Assembly: GCA_034932745.1 (NCBI GenBank)
Contig: JAYFOJ010000001.1
Coordinates: forward strand, 596 to 64,595
Source: Erysipelotrichaceae bacterium
Lineage (GTDB): Bacteria; Bacillota_I; Bacilli_A; RFN20; CAG-826
Length of the DNA stretch: 64,000 bases
Direction of reading: 5' to 3'
Program-made: the position numbers and the translations under genes
In this document: positions 16,731 to 24,314 of the stretch, piece after piece
Numbering within the stretch: the stretch's first letter is position 1
How the letters are laid out: every line of letters starts with the position of its first letter
Notes under the pieces: model-generated
Seen by the model: the letters and a program-made list of their open reading frames with translations, nothing else
Database searches by the model: none
What the model was told of the DNA's origin: nothing

Positions 16731-19703
16731 ATGAAAACAACTGGTTCAAAACTATTGTTTAGTACTGCTGCAATTACTCTTCTTGGAATAATGGCGGTTA
16801 ACTATGGACTAAACAAAAATGGCAATGTTGAAAGGGCTAATGCTACTGGAAGTGCTCCGATTTATGTCTCGACAATTCCAACAACAATTAACATTAATGA
16901 CTACACAGAATCAGAGGTTCGTTCATATTACTCGAGTTTGAGTTCTTTAGCAACGACCGAAAGACAGGGCACTAACTTGCTCAAGAATTTAAAACCAATA
17001 CTTTATTACGACACACGTTATTTCTCATACGACGCTGTTTGGAAAACAGGAAACATCACCGATCGAAACTGGGACCGTTCACCTGCTTCAAGTATTACAG
17101 CTGGCTCATATAATTCATCTACAGGCATAATTTCTAATTATGTCTACTATAGTAGTGGTTCTGGAGATGATCCATATCTTCATCTTTTATACCGCAATGA
17201 TAGCAGCACTAACTCGATGAAGGCTTCGAGTGCTCATACTGGGACTTACGATACGATTAACCGCGAACACATTTGGCCGCAATCAAGAGGCTTCAAAGAT
17301 GATAGTGGAGCTAGCGGTCCAGCAGGAACAGATATTCACCATTTACTTCTTGCAGATGGTCGAGTCAATCAAGTTCTTCATAATAACTACTCTTACGGAA
17401 ATGTCACTACGAGTACCGCTGTTGGTGATTCTACCGGTATTGAAAATAACTTAAGAGGTAAGGGACCAATAAGTACCACCACAGATGTATTTGAACCGCA
17501 AGATTCAGATAAAGGTGATATTGCTAGAGCCTGCTTCTACATGGCGGCACGCTATAACAACTACGCCGGTACAACTGGTGCTATTTCTGATTTTGAACCA
17601 TATTTAATCATCAACGAAAATGTCGATACCAATACTGTTTCAGTTTCTAGTAGCGACACTACCCCAGCGACTTATGCTTCTCTTTCAACTCTTCTTGAGT
17701 GGAACCGTGAGGATCCTGTCGACAGTTATGAAATACACCGAAATAACTTAATCGCTAGAAACTATCAATATAATAGAAATCCATTCGTTGACTACCCAAG
17801 CTGGGCAGAATACATTTGGGGAAACGCTCAAAGTAATTACGCAAAACCATCTACCGATGTTTGCACCTCTGGTGCCGGCGGAACAAATGTTTCTGTTACT
17901 GGCATTACATTAGATAAAAACACTGCATCTATAGCGACTGGCGGCACAACCACTTTAAGTGCAACTATTGCACCTTCAAATGCCACCACCCAAACATTAA
18001 AATGGACTACCACTAATAGCGCAGTAGCTTCTTTAAGCGCCACAACTGGTTCATCGATTACGGTAACTGGTGGTTCTAGTGGCTCGGCGACCATTACTGC
18101 TAAAACAGACGATGGCGGTTACGAGGCTTCTTGTAGCATTACGGTAACTGGCGGCACACCTAGCGGAGGAGATAAAACCGATATTATTCCGATTGCAGGA
18201 TTTGGTGGAACAACTGGTTCTAGTTATGTCACGACCGAAACTAGTGGAACTGGATCTACGACAGGCGTTTCATATGCTATAAATAACTTTATTCCTAGTT
18301 CAGGACAAATTAGGGGTAACCAAACCACAATAACTTCAAACTTCTACATTAGAAACACATCCGCTTATAGTGGTTACTATATTTCTAAAATTGAAGTAAA
18401 TATAAACGCAGGAACATTGACTGGAGGAACCACTGGTTATTGTGTGGCTTCATATGGCACATCCGTTATTGCGGCCAACAATACTACTGGAACAGTAGCT
18501 AGTGATCAGTTTGCTTCCGGTGTAACTAATTTAACTTGGACAATTGCTAGCCCACAAACTAGTGCTTATAACTACTTCTGTATTAATAACATTAGAACCG
18601 CTAACTCAGCCACCGGAGCAGTATTTAAAGTGACTTGGTCTCAATCGACTGTAGCGGTCACTTTAAAGAATGATTTAACAATTACTGGCACTCTTACCAA
18701 TGCTTCTCAATCAGAAGGTAACCAATTAGACGTCAGTGGTTTAACAATATTGGCCAATTACTCGGACAACAGCACTGCTACTTTGAACTCGAGTCAATTA
18801 ACATTACCTACACTTGTTTACGGAACAAGCACCTACCAAATTTCTTATACAGAAGGTCAAATAACCGCGACTGGAAATGTTAACGTCACAGTTACTTTCG
18901 TCGTTTCTACCACCTACACGGCAAGTGCCAGTTTAGTAACCAGCACTTCTCAACTTTCTAGCGGAGATCAAATCATTATTGCCGCTCCATCTACATACAA
19001 TGTAGCCCTTGGGGTTTCTGGTGGCACTTATCGCACCAGTGTCGAGATAACAATTAGTGGAACAATTGTCACTGGTTTAGGTAATTCAACCATTCTCACT
19101 CTTGGTGGCTCTAGTGGTGCTTGGACGATGTCTAATGGCACTGAGTATCTCTACTATTCTGGTAGTTCTAACACCTTACAAACTGGGACCTCTGCTTCGA
19201 GCGGAAACACTTGGAACATCTCTATTAGTAGTGGTGTCACCACCATCGCAAACGTTACGACGCCAGCTAGAGTGATTCAGTATAATTCATCCACTCCAAG
19301 ATTCTCTTGCTATACTTCCACACAAAAATCGGTTTCGATATACAAGGTTTCTAGTGCGGGATATAACTTTAATTATCTAACAAACATCTTAAAAGGCGAT
19401 TATTGTTCCTGTACTTTGGATGAACTCGGATTGATTAACGCTCGTTATTTAGCGATGACCACAAGCGAAATCAACCACTTCAATATCACGACAATCGTTG
19501 GTAATGATTCAAAGACCTACACTGGTCTAGAAGCATATAACGCTGCAATGGTTAGACGTTACAACCTTCAAAATCAATCATCGCAAACTTCGTTCTTCGG
19601 TGTCATTGATGATGGAAGTGCCCTTGCTATTATTTCGATTATCTCTTTAGTCGGAGTTTCTGCAATTGGTGGATTCTTCTACTTTAAAAGAAAAGATGCA
19701 TAG
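16731..19703 (+). CDS. Large surface-anchored Endonuclease I family nuclease (signal peptide, nuclease, Big_2 Ig-like and further beta domains, C-terminal TM anchor)
   Basis: Start MKTTGSK at 16731; ANA cleavage site; INREHIWPQSRG, GTDIHHL, FEPQDSDKGDIARACFYMAARY, NRNPFVDYP; VSVTGITLDK..L.ATIAPSNAT..W (Big_2); C-terminal hydrophobic helix plus KRK. Confidence 0.88.
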   Translation: MKTTGSKLLFSTAAITLLGIMAVNYGLNKNGNVERANATGSAPIYVSTIPTTININDYTESEVRSYYSSLSSLATTERQGTNLLKNLKPILYYDTRYFSYDAVWKTGNITDRNWDRSPASSITAGSYNSSTGIISNYVYYSSGSGDDPYLHLLYRNDSSTNSMKASSAHTGTYDTINREHIWPQSRGFKDDSGASGPAGTDIHHLLLADGRVNQVLHNNYSYGNVTTSTAVGDSTGIENNLRGKGPISTTTDVFEPQDSDKGDIARACFYMAARYNNYAGTTGAISDFEPYLIINENVDTNTVSVSSSDTTPATYASLSTLLEWNREDPVDSYEIHRNNLIARNYQYNRNPFVDYPSWAEYIWGNAQSNYAKPSTDVCTSGAGGTNVSVTGITLDKNTASIATGGTTTLSATIAPSNATTQTLKWTTTNSAVASLSATTGSSITVTGGSSGSATITAKTDDGGYEASCSITVTGGTPSGGDKTDIIPIAGFGGTTGSSYVTTETSGTGSTTGVSYAINNFIPSSGQIRGNQTTITSNFYIRNTSAYSGYYISKIEVNINAGTLTGGTTGYCVASYGTSVIAANNTTGTVASDQFASGVTNLTWTIASPQTSAYNYFCINNIRTANSATGAVFKVTWSQSTVAVTLKNDLTITGTLTNASQSEGNQLDVSGLTILANYSDNSTATLNSSQLTLPTLVYGTSTYQISYTEGQITATGNVNVTVTFVVSTTYTASASLVTSTSQLSSGDQIIIAAPSTYNVALGVSGGTYRTSVEITISGTIVTGLGNSTILTLGGSSGAWTMSNGTEYLYYSGSSNTLQTGTSASSGNTWNISISSGVTTIANVTTPARVIQYNSSTPRFSCYTSTQKSVSIYKVSSAGYNFNYLTNILKGDYCSCTLDELGLINARYLAMTTSEINHFNITTIVGNDSKTYTGLEAYNAAMVRRYNLQNQSSQTSFFGVIDDGSALAIISIISLVGVSAIGGFFYFKRKDA

Positions 19704-19720
19704 AATTTAAGAAAGTGAAT

Positions 19721-19746
19721 AGTAGGACGCTGTCCTACTTTCTTTT
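19721..19746 (+). terminator. Intrinsic terminator after the nuclease pair
   Basis: AGTAGGAC-GCT-GTCCTACT-TTCTTTT. Confidence 0.8.
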
Positions 19747-19800
19747 AGTAATGAATAATCATAGAATAAATATGTAGTTTATTTCATAGGAGTATATCTA

Positions 19801-20472
19801 ATGAAAAAGGTAAAAGTAAAAGAGATTAAAGAAATCAAAGAGATTAAGAAAAAACAACATAAGTTGTGGAATGAATTCAAATCCTTTATCGCTCGTGGCA
19901 ATGCCTTCGATATGGCGGTTGGTGTTGTAATAGGCGGTGCATTTAACGCAATTGTGACAACTCTAGTCAATATCTTGCTAAGTTTATCTACTTGGGGTGT
20001 CCCAGGAGGCTTAAAAGGTTTAGTTACTGTTCTACCAGCATTAAATGCTGGGCAAACCGCGACTACACTCGGCTGGCAAGATGCTTATAGCGCCGTTGAT
20101 TTTGCTGCTAAAGCAGGTCAAATAGGTAGCAGTCAATCATCACAAGCAGCGGCCCTATTTATGAGTTCTTATACACAAAGAGGAACCACTTATTATTATA
20201 ATGGTTGCGCTTTAATCGACTGGGGCTCATTCATTAATGCAATTATTACCTTCCTAATTATTGCTTTAACGTTATTCATCATTATTAAAGTATTTACTTA
20301 TCTATCGCAAAAAAGAGCAGCGCTCGAGCTTAAGGTTCGCGAGGAGTATTACAAACTCCATCCTGAAGAAAGACCAAAGCCAAAAGATCCTGCTAAACCA
20401 CTTCCAAGTGAAGTTGAACTCTTAATGGAGATTAGAGACACCTTGCAAGGAAAAGCCGAAGAAAAGAAATAA
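19801..20472 (+). CDS. mscL: Large-conductance mechanosensitive channel, enlarged
   Basis: [46 protein letters not shown]. Confidence 0.92.
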   Translation: MKKVKVKEIKEIKEIKKKQHKLWNEFKSFIARGNAFDMAVGVVIGGAFNAIVTTLVNILLSLSTWGVPGGLKGLVTVLPALNAGQTATTLGWQDAYSAVDFAAKAGQIGSSQSSQAAALFMSSYTQRGTTYYYNGCALIDWGSFINAIITFLIIALTLFIIIKVFTYLSQKRAALELKVREEYYKLHPEERPKPKDPAKPLPSEVELLMEIRDTLQGKAEEKK

Positions 20473-20476
20473 AAAT

Positions 20477-20504
20477 AAAAGTAGACTTCGCGTCTACTTT
20501 TTTT
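20477..20504. terminator. Bidirectional terminator between mscL and the convergent operon
   Basis: AAAAGTAGAC-TTCGC-GTCTACTTTTTTT. Confidence 0.8.
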
Positions 20505-21669
20505 CTTGGTCATTTTTTGGTTCTGGTTCCTTTAATAAATAAGGTTCTAAAGCCCAATCTGGGTGAGCCTCGATTACTTTTTTAAGAGCCTCGTTAAGTA
20601 ATTTTGTTTCCACCACTTTGCGAGCCTCGACAGTATGTTTTAATGCCGCACTAACAGAATTAAGGGCAATCACACATTCTGAACGCGATTTATCTAATAG
20701 TCCTTCCATTAAAATATAGGTTCTAAGAGAAACCATCGATACATCTTTTGAAATGTCTCTTCTTATCGGCACTGGCACTTTCTCTTCAAAAAACTTTTGT
20801 GCCTCCTCAATTGGAAGGGTCATGATTTTAATATAGATTATTTGGGCAATCGCTCTTAGGTAGACAAGTTCAGAGATGTCGTCTCTAGCGGCGATGATTT
20901 GATTGATCAATACTTCTGCTTCATCGAATTTACCATGGTCTAATAAGACATAGACTTTATTCAAGTTTAAATCAGCGGTAAAGTTCGTAATCTGATCGAA
21001 AGTTTTTATCTCGACGTTTTGATTCCCGATTGCAATTTCGTGTTCCACTCTTAATAGTTCGTTGAAAGCTGACTTGTTTTTAGTATTACTTACCAAAGTA
21101 AGACGATAACCATCAGTCATCGAATCTAGATGGAACGGAAGAATGTTATATAAAAGGATTAATAGACCAATAAACGCAGCGATGATAAAGAAATATGTTA
21201 CATCCCAAATCGGTGCTGTTTTTTCTTCGAATTGCGAGGCAAAAATAAACAAAACTATGACTATAATTGCTTCTAGTGCAAAAAACAATGTACCAAATAG
21301 AAGATACGCACTTGGATTAGATTCCTTTTTTGCATTGGTCTTAGGGTATATTTTTGTTTCTCCCGTAAGTCCATCAAAAGAACCAAATTTAAACTTTAGT
21401 TTACTGTCTTTAACATACCAACAAAGACCTAGAATATTGAATGACGCTACTCCGTAACGACCAATTTTCGCTCCGACGAGATGAGCTAACTCAAATAAAA
21501 TAGCATTAAAAACAACGCCCCAAGCAATAGCACCTAAAACATATGGTACGAAAGCAGTTCCTAAGTCTGACTGCGCAGAACGTCCTTGTAGAACAGTTAA
21601 GCCGAAGAATAAAGCGATACCTAAAATAAATAAGTACACTATTACAGCCATTACGTCTTCTTTTTTCAT
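20494..21669 (-). CDS. Membrane protein, M50/site-2-protease-like with a degenerate zinc motif and a C-terminal helical domain
   Basis: FELAHLVGAKIG at the HExxH position; NILP....TDGY at the NxxPxxxxDG position; about 4 TM helices. Confidence 0.6.
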   Translation of the reverse strand: MKKEDVMAVIVYLFILGIALFFGLTVLQGRSAQSDLGTAFVPYVLGAIAWGVVFNAILFELAHLVGAKIGRYGVASFNILGLCWYVKDSKLKFKFGSFDGLTGETKIYPKTNAKKESNPSAYLLFGTLFFALEAIIVIVLFIFASQFEEKTAPIWDVTYFFIIAAFIGLLILLYNILPFHLDSMTDGYRLTLVSNTKNKSAFNELLRVEHEIAIGNQNVEIKTFDQITNFTADLNLNKVYVLLDHGKFDEAEVLINQIIAARDDISELVYLRAIAQIIYIKIMTLPIEEAQKFFEEKVPVPIRRDISKDVSMVSLRTYILMEGLLDKSRSECVIALNSVSAALKHTVEARKVVETKLLNEALKKVIEAHPDWALEPYLLKEPEPKNDQEKK

Positions 21670-21680
21670 TTTTTCCCTTT

Positions 21681-22859
21681 CTAGATGAGTGACTTGTAGA
21701 TAATTAAAGCCACGTTTTTATCTAATGGTTTGACATGATGATCAACCACACGTGTACCATCATTAGTCAATATGTTTACCATTTTGTTTATGTCTGGATT
21801 TTCAATTTTCAATTCTTTAAAAGAGGTTGGCATGTCCATAGCCTTGAAATACTCTTCTAAACGAAGTAGTCCCATTTTAGCATTTTCGGTTTTGTTTTCA
21901 CATTTAAGACCGAAGACATTTCTCGCAAAACGATCAAATTTATCCAAATCGTAATTTAAATAGAATTTAGCCCATGCTGGAAATAAGGCCGCTAGTCCTT
22001 CTCCGTGTGCCACTGCTGGGTATAACCCACTAAGAACATGCTCTAATTGATGCACTGGCATCGAATACTTTTTTCCGACTGATGTAAATCCATTATGCGA
22101 AAAAGATGATAGAAGAAGCAAGTTCCCTCTAGCGGTATAATCGTCTGGGTTTTTATATGCAATTTCACCAGATTCTAAAGTGGATTTAATCAAGGCTTCT
22201 GCAAATGCATCGCTTGGTTCGATTTCACTAGGAGAATAAGAGAAATATCTTTCTAGAGTATGCATTAGTATATCGACAATTCCATATGCTGTTTGATTTT
22301 TAGGAACAGAGAATGTTAATTCTGGGTTTTCAATAGCGAACAAAGGACGATTAAATTCGGAATTAAACCCTTTTTTCTGTCCAGTTAAATCGTCTTGTAT
22401 AACGCAAGAAGACGACATCTCTGATCCAGAAGCTGCAATAGTGACAATTACTCCTAATGGTAGGGCTTTCTTAGGAGCGTATTTATGTAAAGAGATATCG
22501 AATGGATCTCCATCGTAATAAAAACCAGTCGAAATCAATTTAGCAGTGTCCATCGCAGAACCGCCACCGACAGCAACGATGAAATCAACACCTTTTTCTT
22601 TAGCGGTTTTGATTCCTTGTCTTACTAATTCTATTGTTGGATTTGGTCTTACTCCGCCAAAGTCTACCACGTCTATATCTTCGTGTTTTATGTAGTACAT
22701 AACTTGATCGATAAGACCGCTTCTTACTTGTGAACCTTGTCCATGCACTAATAAAACTTTTTTCGCTTTTCTTTCTTTTAAAATCTTTCCAATATTATCT
22801 TCTTGGTTTTTGCCGAAATATAATTTAGTTGGGAGATCAAATATAAACGAGTCAATCAT
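21681..22859 (-). CDS. Iron-containing alcohol dehydrogenase (BdhA/YqhD-like butanol dehydrogenase)
   Basis: PTKLYFG, GVRPNP, AVGGGSAMD.AK, ASGSEM, DILMH..ERYF, HQLEH, HGEGLA. Confidence 0.92.
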   Translation of the reverse strand: MIDSFIFDLPTKLYFGKNQEDNIGKILKERKAKKVLLVHGQGSQVRSGLIDQVMYYIKHEDIDVVDFGGVRPNPTIELVRQGIKTAKEKGVDFIVAVGGGSAMDTAKLISTGFYYDGDPFDISLHKYAPKKALPLGVIVTIAASGSEMSSSCVIQDDLTGQKKGFNSEFNRPLFAIENPELTFSVPKNQTAYGIVDILMHTLERYFSYSPSEIEPSDAFAEALIKSTLESGEIAYKNPDDYTARGNLLLLSSFSHNGFTSVGKKYSMPVHQLEHVLSGLYPAVAHGEGLAALFPAWAKFYLNYDLDKFDRFARNVFGLKCENKTENAKMGLLRLEEYFKAMDMPTSFKELKIENPDINKMVNILTNDGTRVVDHHVKPLDKNVALIIYKSLI

Positions 22860-23413
22860 TTGGTGCTCCTTTTTTGAACAACATTTTCAATGGCTTTTTG
22901 TAAAAAGTCATCAGAAATAGCGTTGAAGTTTTGAAACAAACCTTCTTGAGTTGGAGATTTGAAATTATCTAAATAGAAAATGATTTGGAAAGCAAATCCC
23001 GCGGCGTTATATCGAGCGATCGATTTCTTTTCAGAATCCGTTAATACTGATTTGTTATCGACCTTATTTAAAAGCGCAATGAACGTTTGATAACAATTGT
23101 TGTTTATGAATTCTAAAAACAATTCCTTACCGGCGGAGTCTAACGTTTCTTTAACGAAATTGCGGTTATTTTTAAAATACTCAAAGATTTTTTTCAGCAT
23201 GTCTTTTGGATTCTTTGATAACTCGATATCGACAATCTTCTCGTTTAAATAAACAAGGGTAAGCAAATCGTAGATATCGTGAAAATGATAATAGAAAGTT
23301 TGTCTATTTACTTTGCATTTTTTAGATAATTCCATGACTGAAATATTGTCTAAGGACATTTCCTCAGACATCATCGTTTTCAGTGTCTGCGCTAAACGAT
23401 ATTCAGTCTTCAT
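22856..23413 (-). CDS. TetR/AcrR family regulator (DhaS-like)
   Basis: ISVMELSKKCKVNRQTFYYHFHDIYDL helix-turn-helix. Confidence 0.9.
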   Translation of the reverse strand: MKTEYRLAQTLKTMMSEEMSLDNISVMELSKKCKVNRQTFYYHFHDIYDLLTLVYLNEKIVDIELSKNPKDMLKKIFEYFKNNRNFVKETLDSAGKELFLEFINNNCYQTFIALLNKVDNKSVLTDSEKKSIARYNAAGFAFQIIFYLDNFKSPTQEGLFQNFNAISDDFLQKAIENVVQKRSTK

Positions 23414-24314
23414 TTTTCAATCTCACTATCTCTTTAGCAATCTTCGCGCCTACTGAAGCATTGTTAAGGATTAAATGTATATTAGATTCTAAGGAATCTC
23501 CCTTGGTTAACTCTGTAACTCTTTTTAAAAGATATGGAGTTGTATCTTTACCTTTGATTCCTTCTTTCTTCATGTCTTTTAAAGCATCTTCTATCGCTTT
23601 ATCGATTACTTTTTGATCCATTGCATATTTTTCTGGAATTGGATTAGCGATTAAAATACCGCCAAAAAGATTATTATCGCGTTTGGCTTTGATAATAAGT
23701 GCTGCCTCTTTTGCGTCTTTTATTGAGTGCTCGAGCATGATTCCTGAATGTCTCGTATAAAAGTCTGGAAGTTCATTTGTTTGATAACCAAGAACAGGCA
23801 CTCCCTTTGTCTCTAAGTATTCCATCGTTAGCGGTAGATCGAGAATAGCTTTACACCCTGCACAAATAACGGTGACATCGGTTTTTGCTAATTCTTCTAA
23901 ATCGGCAGAAATATCAAAAGTTTCCTGCGCTCCTCGATGAACTCCACCAACTCCACCGGTAACAAAGACTTCGATACCAGCTTGTTTTGCTAGAATCATC
24001 GTCGCTGCAACAGTAGTCGCACCCCATTCTTTTTTTGCATATACGACTGGTAAATCTCTTCTTGAAACCTTAATTATTCCGTGGCGTTTACCAAATTGTT
24101 CGATTTCGTCTTTTGTCATTCCAATAATTGGTGCCCCATCAATAATGCCAATTGTCGCTGGAGTTGCTCCCTCATCGCGAACAGCTTTTTCGACTAATAA
24201 AGCTGTTTCAACATTCTTTGGATAAGGCATTCCATGAGAAATTATTGTCGATTCAAGTGCAACGACAGGCTTTCCTTCTTTTAGGGCTTTTAAAACTTCT
24301 CGGTTAATTTTCAT
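23403..24314 (-). CDS. psuG: Pseudouridine-5'-phosphate glycosidase
   Basis: VALESTIISHGMPYP, KVSRRD, ATTVAATM, TGGVGGVHRG, DISADL, GCKAILD, GKDTTPYLL. Confidence 0.96.
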   Translation of the reverse strand: MKINREVLKALKEGKPVVALESTIISHGMPYPKNVETALLVEKAVRDEGATPATIGIIDGAPIIGMTKDEIEQFGKRHGIIKVSRRDLPVVYAKKEWGATTVAATMILAKQAGIEVFVTGGVGGVHRGAQETFDISADLEELAKTDVTVICAGCKAILDLPLTMEYLETKGVPVLGYQTNELPDFYTRHSGIMLEHSIKDAKEAALIIKAKRDNNLFGGILIANPIPEKYAMDQKVIDKAIEDALKDMKKEGIKGKDTTPYLLKRVTELTKGDSLESNIHLILNNASVGAKIAKEIVRLKNED

